NCBI GenBank assembly: GCA_031408595.1
Contig: JANNWQ010000296.1
Coordinates: 916-64,915 of the forward strand
DNA from: Acidobacteriota bacterium
GTDB lineage: Bacteria; Acidobacteriota; Blastocatellia; Pyrinomonadales; Pyrinomonadaceae
Direction: 5' to 3'
Length of the DNA: 64,000 nt
In this document: piece after piece, positions 45,477-56,532 of the stretch
Layout of the letters: every line of letters begins with the position of its first letter
Position numbering within the stretch: position 1 is the stretch's first letter
Program-made: the position numbers and the translations under genes
The notes under the pieces: generated by a model
Seen by the model: only the letters and a program-made list of their open reading frames with translations
Told to the model about the DNA's origin: nothing
Databases searched by the model: none

Positions 45477-46145
45477 TTACACTAAAACAACTAACTTCCC
45501 GCTTGCCTGATTTGATTCCATATAGCGGTGAGCTTCGACGATCTCATCGATAGTAAAGGTGCGGTCGATCTTGATATGGTTTTTGCCACTTGCCACGCCG
45601 TCCACAAATTCCTGCAAAAGGTTGGCAGATAAATCCCTCGCTTCACCTGTGTAGACCGTCAGGCGAACGGTATGCGGAATGTCACCCATTGGTGTAAATT
45701 CATTGAGCGTCCAGGCGTTTCCCAGGATTCCCGTCATACATACAACTCCGCCCGGTGCTGCACATTTCAGGGAGTCGCGCAAAGTTGCAGTTCCGATAAG
45801 TTCGAGAACACGGTCAACGCCATTTGGAGAATTCTCACCCACTTTGGCGGCGATTGTCCCATCGTCAATTATGACATCGTCAACACCATGTTCTTTCAAT
45901 AGTTCCACTTTGTCGGGATTTCGAGTTGTAGAAATAACTTTCAACCCATGTTTTTTGCAAGGACTGTCGCTGCCATCCCGATCGAAGAAAGGACTTTGCG
46001 TATCGGACTCAGGATCAAGAGAACCTCCTAATGAAAGGTATGTTTCCCACAGTTTTGTTGATTGCCGCCAACGCTCCGTTGGCGTCAGCGAGTACCACTC
46101 GGCCAACTCTTCACCTACAAGTTCTTCGGCAGATATCTTCGCCAT
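45477..46145 (-). pseudogene. chimeric ORF: unrelated ~55-aa N-terminal piece fused to the C-terminal half of an MDR quinone-oxidoreductase
   Basis: The C-terminal part (VISTTRNPDKVELLKEHGVDDVI...IDRTFTIDEIVEAHRYMESNQASGKLVV) lacks the GroES-like catalytic domain and the GxGxxG. The N-terminal piece MAKISAEELVGEELAEWYSLTPTERW...DTQSPFFD is not MDR-like. Confidence 0.55.
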
Positions 46146-46304
46146 CAGTACAGAATATTAGCCGTTTTATCTCCGTCAAGAGTAACGAACTTGCTACATT
46201 AGGTTGTCTTCGATTTCTTCAACCCGATCCCCTTCGCCACAATTCCAAGACATTCTTGCAGAATCCAATTGCGGCAACAACCGTAAATTGTTAGGTTTTA
46301 CGAT

Positions 46305-48737
46305 ATGAAAAATCAGTTCCGTTTTTTGATGGGCGCGTTTGTTTTGTGGGCGGCGGTTTCGGGTTTCGGGCAATGGACGAATCGCTATCCGAAATTGGCG
46401 AATGTCTCGCATCACGTTTATCTCGAAGGATTTAACTTGCCGACGATGAATGTCGGAGCAACCGACCCAGCGGTTTCGCCTGATAACGCGCGGCTGGCTT
46501 TTGCGGCTCGCGGTTGGATTTGGGTGATGGATTTGAACTCGCGGGAAGCAAAGCGTTTGACGAAAACGAGTGCGGTTGACGCACGTCCGGCTTGGTCGCC
46601 CGATGGGAAACAGATTACGTTTGTGCGTGATAATTCGCGGGATGCGAGCATCGTTTTGCTTGATTTGGCAAGCGGCAGAGAAAGCGTTTTGATTGATTCG
46701 CCCGCGATTGACCTTGACCCGTGTTTTTCGCCCGACGGAAAAATCGTTTATTACAGTTCGGCGGAAGCAGGCGATCTGGATTTGTGGCAGATTGAATTGG
46801 CTACAGGCACGAAAAAGCGTCTGACGACCGAGCGCGGGCAAGAAATGATGCCGCAGCCTTTTCCAGATAATTCGGGCGTTTTTTACTTGGCAAAGATTTC
46901 GGGTAGTTCGGATACGATTCAGATTTTGAAATTTAACGACATCGCGAAAAAAGTCGTGCGCGATGAAGGAATCGCTTCGCAAATGCGTCCTGCACTCTCG
47001 AAAGACGGAAAAAATTACGCGGTCAATATTCCGTTTCAAGACCGTTGGCAGTTGTGGCTGGCGGATTTGCGCGGGCAACTACCGATTCAGATTGCGGCGA
47101 ACGCCCGTTTTCCGCAAATGCCGACTTGGAGCGCGGACGGCGCGTTTGTTTATTATGCCGAACCCGACAAAGACGAGCGTTTTCACCTTTACCGCGTCAA
47201 ATCAACGGGCGGCGAAGCGGAAAATATTTCGCCGATTTCGTGGAATTGGGGCGAACCGACCAACCGCGTCATCATCAAAACGCACAAAGCAAATTCAAAC
47301 GAAAACGCGGCGGCGCGTCTGGTCGTAACGAGCAACGGACATCCCGTTTTGCCCGAAACAGGTTTTGCCAGATTCGACGGTCAAAACGGACAAGTTTATT
47401 TCTACACGCCGGGCTCAATCGCCGTCGAAGTTCCGTCAGGCGAATTAAACATACAAGCCACGCAAGGCTTCGGCATTTCAGCGGTAACAACGACTAAAAC
47501 GGTTAAGACGGGCGAAACGCCGGAAATAAAGCTCGAAATTTCCGCACCGCTTTGGAATCCGACGGCGGACGGCTGGTACTCGGCGGATTTGCATTCGCAT
47601 CTCAATTACGGCGGACCCTATCTGCTCACGCCCGAAGACATCGTGCTTGATATGCAGGGCGAAACGCTCGATTTAAACACGCCGCAGCTTGCCAATCTGC
47701 ACACGCGGTTTAACGATCTTGAATGGTGGAATTGGCGAAAAACGACTCTGTCGCAAATTCATTTTGCGCAAGAGGTCCGCTCGCATTTTCTCGGTCACGT
47801 CGCCATCGTCGGTGCGGATTCGCTCTTTTTCCCGTGGTATAACGGTCCGGGTTATCCTGTTTATTCTCAAATTGATTTGCCGAATTCAGCCGCTTTGCAG
47901 TTTGCCCGCAATCACCGCGGAATAAATTCGTATGTCCATCCGGTTTCAAATAATGATCCGTTTCCCGCTGACGGTGAGCCTACGGGATTGCCGCTAGAGT
48001 TAGTTCCTGATGCTCTGCTCGGCGATGTTGACACGCTCGAAATCGCTTGTTTGTGGAGCGACGAAATCGGGACGAGCGAGGCTTGGTATCGGCTTCTGAA
48101 TTTAGGCTTGCCGATTGCTCCGAGCGCGGGCAGCGACACGATGCAAAATCTTCACCGCACAATGCCCATTGGCTCGACACGGGTTTACGCTAAACCCGAC
48201 GGCGCAATGAATCTGCCGAATTTTCTCGCGGCGGTTAAAAAAGGAAAAAGTTTTGTTACCAATGGCCCGCTGATGAAATTTTCGGTCAGCGGAAAAGAAG
48301 CGGGCAGTATCATCGCCGCCGCAACCGGTCAACAAATCGAATGGAAAATCGAAGCGTTTTCACCGATTCCGGTTGAAAAAGTCGAAATCATCGTCAACGG
48401 AAAAGTCGCTTGGAGCGGCACAGGCTTTAGCGGCAAACAAACTTTCACGGGCAAAATCAACGCGCCAAACGGCGGCTGGATTGCCGCCCGAATCTACGGC
48501 GGCGCAACCAAACCGCCTTTCGCCGACAGCTACCCGTTCGCTCATTCTGCACCAATTTGGTTTAACAAAATCGGCAGTTCGGACGCGGCGAGCGCAAAAG
48601 CTTCCGCTCAAGATTTGCTCAGGTGGATGAATGTTGCCGAAATAAGATTGAATCAAGCCTACGAGGGAGCGGCGGTCACAAATTTGCGAAAACGCTTCGC
48701 CGATGCTCGACGAATTTTGGAACCAAAAGCTAAATAA
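46305..48737 (+). CDS. secreted TolB-like PD40 beta-propeller fused to a PHP/CehA-McbA-like metallohydrolase domain
   Basis: Signal peptide MKNQFRFLMGAFVLWAAVSGFG. Repeated SPDG.. PD40 motifs. ADLHSHLNYGG, SYVHP and APSAGSDT metal-ligand-like motifs. Codon usage is atypical for the window (TTG, ACG, TCG and AAA-rich). Confidence 0.85.
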   Translation: MKNQFRFLMGAFVLWAAVSGFGQWTNRYPKLANVSHHVYLEGFNLPTMNVGATDPAVSPDNARLAFAARGWIWVMDLNSREAKRLTKTSAVDARPAWSPDGKQITFVRDNSRDASIVLLDLASGRESVLIDSPAIDLDPCFSPDGKIVYYSSAEAGDLDLWQIELATGTKKRLTTERGQEMMPQPFPDNSGVFYLAKISGSSDTIQILKFNDIAKKVVRDEGIASQMRPALSKDGKNYAVNIPFQDRWQLWLADLRGQLPIQIAANARFPQMPTWSADGAFVYYAEPDKDERFHLYRVKSTGGEAENISPISWNWGEPTNRVIIKTHKANSNENAAARLVVTSNGHPVLPETGFARFDGQNGQVYFYTPGSIAVEVPSGELNIQATQGFGISAVTTTKTVKTGETPEIKLEISAPLWNPTADGWYSADLHSHLNYGGPYLLTPEDIVLDMQGETLDLNTPQLANLHTRFNDLEWWNWRKTTLSQIHFAQEVRSHFLGHVAIVGADSLFFPWYNGPGYPVYSQIDLPNSAALQFARNHRGINSYVHPVSNNDPFPADGEPTGLPLELVPDALLGDVDTLEIACLWSDEIGTSEAWYRLLNLGLPIAPSAGSDTMQNLHRTMPIGSTRVYAKPDGAMNLPNFLAAVKKGKSFVTNGPLMKFSVSGKEAGSIIAAATGQQIEWKIEAFSPIPVEKVEIIVNGKVAWSGTGFSGKQTFTGKINAPNGGWIAARIYGGATKPPFADSYPFAHSAPIWFNKIGSSDAASAKASAQDLLRWMNVAEIRLNQAYEGAAVTNLRKRFADARRILEPKAK

Positions 48738-48766
48738 ACAATAAGTTGAACAATCCGAAATAATCA

Positions 48767-48785
48767 CCGCTTTTTCATAAAGCGG
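48767..48785 (+). terminator. weak 7-bp hairpin downstream of 46305..48737
   Basis: CCGCTTT-ttcat-AAAGCGG followed by a T-rich stretch (aatgcaatgttttgttt). Weak. Confidence 0.3.
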
Positions 48786-49066
48786 AATGCAATGTTTTGT
48801 TTCCAAAAAAAAGACACGGGAAAAACCTAATGGCGGTTGAGTAAGCTTCCCATCAATATCACCGTGTAGGCTTCGCCTAAGATTGCACAGTTGAGGATTT
48901 GAGGCAATTGCTTACAAGTTTGTAATAAGCCGTCGAAACAAGATTTCCAGAAACTTCTTCTACAGGACTACCAAGAAATGAACCGCCAAGATTTTGAACA
49001 GTTCCAGATTCACGTTTTTGGTGAAACCGCTTTTCGCAAATGGTTCTAAAGCTGAAATTAAAGCAA

Positions 49067-51138
<2,072 letters not shown>

Positions 51139-51289
51139 AAAACTTTCGCTCGTCTAGATTACGCCATTGGTAACTCTTTATGAAATTACGCTCTCAGTGT
51201 TTGCTACCGCACAGAAAGATATGGCGTGAGAATGTCATTATCTGGTTCAACGCTATTTCCGTAGAACTAACCAAGGGGATTCTGAAAAT

Positions 51290-52453
51290 ATGAAAGCACT
51301 AGTCTATAACGGCCCGCACGATGTCAGTGTCGAGGAAGTTCCCGACGCAAAGATCGAACAGCCAACCGATGTGTTGGTTAAGATCACAACTACCAACATC
51401 TGCGGCTCTGATCTGCATATGTACGATGGCCGGACTAATCTGGAAAAAGGAAAAGTCATCGGCCACGAAAATCTCGGTGAGGTCATCGAGGTCGGCGACG
51501 CAGTCGCACGGGTCAAGATCGGCGATATGGTTTGTCTGCCGTTCAATGTCGCCTGCGGCTACTGCAAAAACTGCGAATGTGGCCTGACGGGAGCGTGTCT
51601 CACGATGAATCCCGGAGTCGCCGGAGCGGCGTACGGGTTCGCTGGAATGGGGCCGTATGACGGTGGACAGGCAGAATTTCTGCGTGTACCGTACGGCGAT
51701 TTTAATTGCCTCGTTTTGCCCGGAGACGCGAAAGAGAAAGAAGACGATTACGTGATGCTCTCCGATATCTTTCCGACAGGATGGCACTCGACCCGTCTCG
51801 CGGGGCTGATGCCAGGCGAGTCTGTCGTTATTTACGGAGCTGGCCCTGTTGGTCTGATGGCGGCCCTTTCGGCAAAAATTCAAGGTGCGAGCAAGGTAAT
51901 TGTCGTTGACCGTCACGCGGACCGCCTCGCCCTCGCTAGTGAGATCGGTGCGATCACGATCGATTTCAGCAAGGAATCGCCGGTCGCCGAGATACTGGAT
52001 CTTACCGACGGAGCGGGAGCCGATCGTGGGTGCGAGTGCGTTGGCTATCAGGCACACGACTCCGAAGGCGACGAACAGCCGAACGTAACCATGAATCACC
52101 TCGTCGCCTCTGTCAAGGCAACTGGCGGCATCGGTGTCGTCGGTGTTTTTGTCCCGCTCGACCCGAAGGCCGAAGATAACTTGCAGAAACTCGGCAAGAT
52201 CGAATTTGATATGGGCACATTCTGGACGAAGGGCCAGAGCATGGCGACCGGACAGGCAAATGTTAAGGCTTATAACCGTTATCTGGCCGATCTCATTCAC
52301 GTGGGTACGGCCAAACCGTCATGGATAATTTCTCATTCGCTATCACTCGGCGATGCACCGGACGCATACAAGCATTTCAATGATCGCGATCAAGGATGGA
52401 CAAAGGTCGTCCTTAAGCCTGAAGCGGTAATGGCCGGAGCCGCCGCTTCATGA
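51290..52453 (+). CDS. fdhA: zinc-dependent glutathione-independent formaldehyde dehydrogenase-like ADH
   Basis: ITTTNICGSDLHMYDGRT, GHENLGEV, PFNVACGYCKNC and GGQAEFLRVPY parallel Pseudomonas FdhA. Confidence 0.8.
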   Translation: MKALVYNGPHDVSVEEVPDAKIEQPTDVLVKITTTNICGSDLHMYDGRTNLEKGKVIGHENLGEVIEVGDAVARVKIGDMVCLPFNVACGYCKNCECGLTGACLTMNPGVAGAAYGFAGMGPYDGGQAEFLRVPYGDFNCLVLPGDAKEKEDDYVMLSDIFPTGWHSTRLAGLMPGESVVIYGAGPVGLMAALSAKIQGASKVIVVDRHADRLALASEIGAITIDFSKESPVAEILDLTDGAGADRGCECVGYQAHDSEGDEQPNVTMNHLVASVKATGGIGVVGVFVPLDPKAEDNLQKLGKIEFDMGTFWTKGQSMATGQANVKAYNRYLADLIHVGTAKPSWIISHSLSLGDAPDAYKHFNDRDQGWTKVVLKPEAVMAGAAAS

Positions 52454-52485
52454 ACGATTCACAAGCAGAAAAACAAGGAGAAACA

Positions 52486-52752
52486 ATGGAAATCACAGAT
52501 ATCAAAGAAGATATGAAAGTCGTAGGTTCTGACGGAGAGCATGTTGGCACGGTCGATGGCGTCGAGGGCGATCAACTCAAGCTTACAAAAGCCGATTCGC
52601 CCAATGGACAACACAATTTTATCGACGCAGGCAAGGTTGGGTCCTGCGTAGGGGAAACAGTTACCTTGTCGCAAACTGCGGCGGAAGCGATGGCAGGTTT
52701 TGGAAGCGAGAATGCTACCGCCGCTGGATCGTCAACATCCGCAGTAAGCTAG
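52486..52752 (+). CDS. DUF2171 family small protein
   Basis: SD AAGGAG 6 nt before the ATG at 52486. IKEDMKVVGSDGEHVGTVDGVEGDQLKLTKAD pattern. The track ORF starts earlier, at 52450. Confidence 0.7.
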   Translation: MEITDIKEDMKVVGSDGEHVGTVDGVEGDQLKLTKADSPNGQHNFIDAGKVGSCVGETVTLSQTAAEAMAGFGSENATAAGSSTSAVS

Positions 52753-52772
52753 TTCATTGATACGCAATTTGT

Positions 52773-52805
52773 CCGGCACGAAGTACTATTCGTGCCGGCT
52801 TTTAG
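52773..52805 (+). terminator. rho-independent terminator
   Basis: CCGGCACGAA-gtacta-TTCGTGCCGG followed by CTTTTAG. Confidence 0.7.
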
Positions 52806-53106
52806 TCTTCAAACACGATCCAACCTATCTTCCCTTCCTTATTCATCTGGAAGTAGTAATAGACCTTCTTACCCGCGAGCTTCGGCGTTGCTGAGCTTCG
52901 TCACGACGACACGCTCGATGGTTTTCTCGCGCGTGCCGACAGTTGTCTTTATCAGGCGAAAAATGCGGGCCGCAATTGTGTCGTCTCTGAATCAGGGGAC
53001 ACCAACCACTCATATCTCGACAGCACAAATTTCATACCTCCGCCGCCCGGCGTCGAACATTGCGTTTGACCCGGAAGAAAATGCCGTTTATCGTCGTCTA
53101 ATAAGT

Positions 53107-54249
53107 ATGACGATGCTTCGCAATTTCGCCGTTCTGCTCGCGATCGTGACCTTTGGCTGCTCTAACGCAATGCCGACGGGCGGTTTTGAGGGGAAAACGC
53201 TGATGACGGCCGATGGCGTTAAGTTTCGCGTCGAGACGGTCGCGACGGGCCTCGAAGTGCCGTGGGGCTTTGCCTGGCTGCCTAATAAGGACATGCTCGT
53301 CACCGAACGCCGGGGTCGAGTCCGCATCATCGAAGGTGGCAAACTTCGCGAAGAACCTGTCTTCACCGTGCCGGACGTCGAGCCATCGAGCGAGAGCGGG
53401 CTGATGGACATTTCCGTTCATCCGCAGTTCGCGACCAACAATTTCATTTACCTCGCCTACGCCTACAACCGCGACGGCAAACGCGTCAAAGTGATGCGTT
53501 ATAAATACGCTGGCGGCAAATTTACGGAAGCCCGAGCGATCATCGAAGACATTCCCGGCGCGCCGAATCACGCCGGGATGCGCGCCCGCTTTGGCCCGGA
53601 CGGCAAGCTTTATATAACTACCGGCGATGCGACCGATTGGAACCTGGGACAGAAGATGGATTCGCTCGCGGGGAAAACCTTGCGTTTGAATGACGACGGC
53701 ACGGTTCCGCAGGATAATCCGTTTATAAAAACCGACGGAGCACGTCCCGAGATCTGGAGCTACGGCCACCGCAACGCTCAGGGTTTAGCTTGGCAGCCGG
53801 GAACGGGCGTGATGTTCCAGACCGAGCACGGCCCGAGCAGCTTTGAGGGTAAAGGCTCGGGTGGCGACGAAGTTAACCTCGTCGAACGCGGAGCCAATCT
53901 CGGTTGGCCCGAGATTCACCACACCGAAAAACGCGAAGGCATGGTCTCGCCGCTACTGGAATACAGCCCCGCGTGTGCACCCGCGAGCGGTATGTTCTAC
54001 AACGGCTCTCAGTTCCCTATCTTCAAAGGCAATTTCTTCTTCGGCTGCCTGCGCGGTGCAAAGATAATCCGCGTCATCCTCGACGGTCGCAAGGTCGTAA
54101 AGCAGGAAGACATCCTGCCAGCGTCCTTAGGCCGCATCCGCGAGATCGCCGAAGGGCCGGACGGCAACATCTACTTCTCAACTTCAAACCGAGACGGCCG
54201 GGGCACTCCTGCAAAAGAGGACGACCGCGTCATGCGCCTCGTGCCGTAG
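53107..54249 (+). CDS. PQQ-dependent sugar (aldose/sorbosone) dehydrogenase, lipoprotein
   Basis: The internal ATG at 53107 gives MTMLRNFAVLLAIVTFGCS (lipobox). GLEVPWGFAWLP, HAGMRARFGPDGKLY and GHRNAQGLAW beta-propeller motifs. Confidence 0.85.
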   Translation: MTMLRNFAVLLAIVTFGCSNAMPTGGFEGKTLMTADGVKFRVETVATGLEVPWGFAWLPNKDMLVTERRGRVRIIEGGKLREEPVFTVPDVEPSSESGLMDISVHPQFATNNFIYLAYAYNRDGKRVKVMRYKYAGGKFTEARAIIEDIPGAPNHAGMRARFGPDGKLYITTGDATDWNLGQKMDSLAGKTLRLNDDGTVPQDNPFIKTDGARPEIWSYGHRNAQGLAWQPGTGVMFQTEHGPSSFEGKGSGGDEVNLVERGANLGWPEIHHTEKREGMVSPLLEYSPACAPASGMFYNGSQFPIFKGNFFFGCLRGAKIIRVILDGRKVVKQEDILPASLGRIREIAEGPDGNIYFSTSNRDGRGTPAKEDDRVMRLVP

Positions 54250-54404
54250 CTCGCGTTCAAAGTTCCAGGGTGGAACACTGAAACACATGGAACGGACGGA
54301 ACGCATGAACGGGTTTACAAATCTTTACAACTCTTGCAAAACCAAACAGGTTAGAATTGCGTTTTACAAGGCGATCCGACAATCTCAGAACAGGAGCTAT
54401 TTTT

Positions 54405-54971
54405 ATGAAGAAGAATTTTGTTTTCGCAGCAGCCATTGCGTTACTAGCGATGGCGTTTACCGTCTCGGCACAAAAGGCACCGGCCGATTTCAGCGGCAAG
54501 TGGAACCTCGACCTCGCTAAGTCAAAGCTTACCGACCGCGAGAAAGCCTCGATCGAATCACAGATGATGACCGTCGCGCAGACCGCGGCCGATATCAAGA
54601 TCGAGACCGCAACCAAACGTGTTGCCCCTCCGGCAGGAGCTCCCGCGGGCGGCCCTCCAGGAGGCGGTGGCGGTGGAATGATGGGCGGTGGCGGTGCTCC
54701 TGCGCCTCAGGTATTTCAGCTCGGCAAAGAGACGACCGTAGAACAAACAATGGGTCCGAACACTGTTCCCGTAAAGATGGGTTCAAAATGGGACGGCTTT
54801 AAGCTGGTGCTTTCGACATCACGAACTTTTAGCGGGCCAAACGGCGAAATGACCAGCACGACGAAAGAAACATGGGAATTGGGCGCTGATGGCAAAACTC
54901 TTACGGTTAACCGTGAAGCAGTGAGCCCTCGAGGTACTGACACAACGACCAAAGTTTTCACCAAAAGTTAA
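54405..54971 (+). CDS. secreted hypothetical protein with Gly/Pro-rich insert
   Basis: The ATG at 54405 follows CAGGAG. Signal peptide MKKNFVFAAAIALLAMAFTVSAQ. Confidence 0.75.
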   Translation: MKKNFVFAAAIALLAMAFTVSAQKAPADFSGKWNLDLAKSKLTDREKASIESQMMTVAQTAADIKIETATKRVAPPAGAPAGGPPGGGGGGMMGGGGAPAPQVFQLGKETTVEQTMGPNTVPVKMGSKWDGFKLVLSTSRTFSGPNGEMTSTTKETWELGADGKTLTVNREAVSPRGTDTTTKVFTKS

Positions 54972-54997
54972 GCTTTTGTGAAGAGGTTAATGGAAAA

Positions 54998-55023
54998 GGC
55001 GGGCTTTGCGGCCCGCCTTTTTT
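54998..55023. terminator. bidirectional rho-independent terminator between convergent genes
   Basis: AAAA-GGCGGGC-tttgcg-GCCCGCC-TTTTTT. The T-run overlaps the stop of 55022..55981. Confidence 0.7.
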
Positions 55024-55981
55024 AGTCTTCAAATCGAAGTTCTTCGATTATTTCCTGCATATACCTCTTGCCCAACTCCAGATCGTCGCGTTTCAACGAA
55101 ACGGCACCGACAACTGCGTGACCGCCGCCGCCGTAGCGTTCGCAGATCTCGGCGATGTTGTGTGTGCGCGGGCGTGGTGCCCAGGGATTTGAGCCAACGG
55201 AGATCTTTGTGCGGAAATCGCTCTGACTGAGGCTGACAACATAGGTAGTTTCCGGATAAAAATAATACGGAATGAACTTGTTATAACCGTCGATACCGGT
55301 GTCGGTGAGGTCGAACGTGATGACGCCTCGTTCGTAAACGGCACGTTCTTTTATCAGGTTAACGGTACTCCAATGGCGTTCGAGGATGGGTTCGAGCCTG
55401 GCTTGGATCTCATTGCTCTCAAGGATCTGGTCCAGCGTTCTGGCGGTCAGCGAGCGGATGATCTTTGCGACAAACTCAGGGTCTTTTTCGCCCTCGATCA
55501 CCTGCATCAATTTCAGAGCGGACGAACGAAGCTCGACACATTGGGCGGGTGACTCATATAACGCACCATCGATAATGTGTGCCCACTCGATCAGCTCGGT
55601 AAGCGATTCGTCCTCGAATCCGTATTTTTCCTTAGCGATGCGAGCGATGAACTCGGCGCACGATTTACTCGTCGTATCGAGGAATTTCGTACCCGAGGTG
55701 TCCGCCAAAAAATGTTGCTCGTCTTCCTTTGTCAGAAACGCGGACTGGTGATGGTCGAACCACCATGTTAACCGTTCGTCCGGGCAATACTTAAAATCCA
55801 CGATCGCATTCTCATCGCCGTCGAACTGCTCACGGTCGAACGCATTCCCGGCACGATGCATTGTCGGAGTGTAAGCCACCTCTGCCCCGGGGTGAATTTT
55901 CGTCTGATAAAATTTGGTAAATATCGCGGCCGACGAAACGCCGTCAAAACAGTTGCCGTGATAAAGTATGCGTAGTTTCAT
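55022..55981 (-). CDS. DHH/DHHA1 family phosphoesterase (NrnB-like)
   Basis: ILYHGNCFDGVSSAAI N-terminus and a C-terminal ERYGGGGHAVVGAV (GGGH) motif. Confidence 0.8.
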   Translation of the reverse strand: MKLRILYHGNCFDGVSSAAIFTKFYQTKIHPGAEVAYTPTMHRAGNAFDREQFDGDENAIVDFKYCPDERLTWWFDHHQSAFLTKEDEQHFLADTSGTKFLDTTSKSCAEFIARIAKEKYGFEDESLTELIEWAHIIDGALYESPAQCVELRSSALKLMQVIEGEKDPEFVAKIIRSLTARTLDQILESNEIQARLEPILERHWSTVNLIKERAVYERGVITFDLTDTGIDGYNKFIPYYFYPETTYVVSLSQSDFRTKISVGSNPWAPRPRTHNIAEICERYGGGGHAVVGAVSLKRDDLELGKRYMQEIIEELRFED

Positions 55982-55986
55982 ATCGT

Positions 55987-56032
55987 AAGAGTGACGGCTT
56001 CAGCCGTGAAAACGCCTAAAGGCGTCACTCTT
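55987..56032. repeat. 46-nt mini-hairpin element (possible three-way junction) in a divergent promoter region
   Basis: AAGAGTG-ac-GGCttcaGCC-gtgaaa-ACGCCtaaaGGCGT-CACTCTT. The hairpin words resemble those at 8579-8640. Confidence 0.3.
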
Positions 56033-56085
56033 GCTGAAAACATTTTAGGCTAGAGGACGAAGGTTGTTTCGTCAAGGAAACGAAT

Positions 56086-56532
56086 ATGAATATAAGACTC
56101 GCCGGCCGCGACGATGCGAATCATTTTGTTGAGTTTAACAAGGCCATGGCACTTGAGACCGAGGGCAAAACGCTTGACGAACCGTTGGTCGAGGCGGCTG
56201 TAAACGCGGTCTTCGATGACCCGAACAAGGGATTCTATGTCGCCGCGGAGGACGGTGGGCACGTGGTCGGCGGCCTTCTGGTTACATACGAGTGGAGCGA
56301 CTGGCGGAACGCATGGTGGTGGTGGATCCAAAGCGTTTACATACGCCCAGAGGCACGCGGACGCAAGATCTACAGCCTGTTGTACGACGATGTGAAATGC
56401 CGTGCAAGGGAGGCCGGAAACGTATATGGCATAAGGCTTTACGTAGAGTATGAGAACGAACACGCTGCGCGTGTTTACGAGAAATTGGGCATGGAACGCG
56501 AACACTACCACATGTACGCCGAGCAACTATGA
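56086..56532 (+). CDS. GNAT family N-acetyltransferase
   Basis: IQSVYIRPEARGRKIYSLLYDDV (Q/RxxGxG/A-like motif A), 148 aa. Confidence 0.85.
   Translation: MNIRLAGRDDANHFVEFNKAMALETEGKTLDEPLVEAAVNAVFDDPNKGFYVAAEDGGHVVGGLLVTYEWSDWRNAWWWWIQSVYIRPEARGRKIYSLLYDDVKCRAREAGNVYGIRLYVEYENEHAARVYEKLGMEREHYHMYAEQL

Noticed and set aside
52802-53035. Possible decayed small gene on the minus strand (…KKVYYYFQMNKEGKIGWIVFED* adjacent to the terminator, MKFVLSRYEWLV… further up).
   Set aside because: A continuous product requires two compensating frameshifts or read-through of three stops. The candidate ATG has GGAGG only 1 nt upstream, and no family was recognised. This is not supportable from sequence alone.
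52800-55033. 14-mer TTTTAGTCTTCAAA following two different terminator hairpins (52800 and 55020).
   Set aside because: Several exact 14-mer pairs are expected by chance in 64 kb. The hairpins themselves are unrelated. In the second copy the 14-mer is simply the ...FED stop region of the DHH gene.
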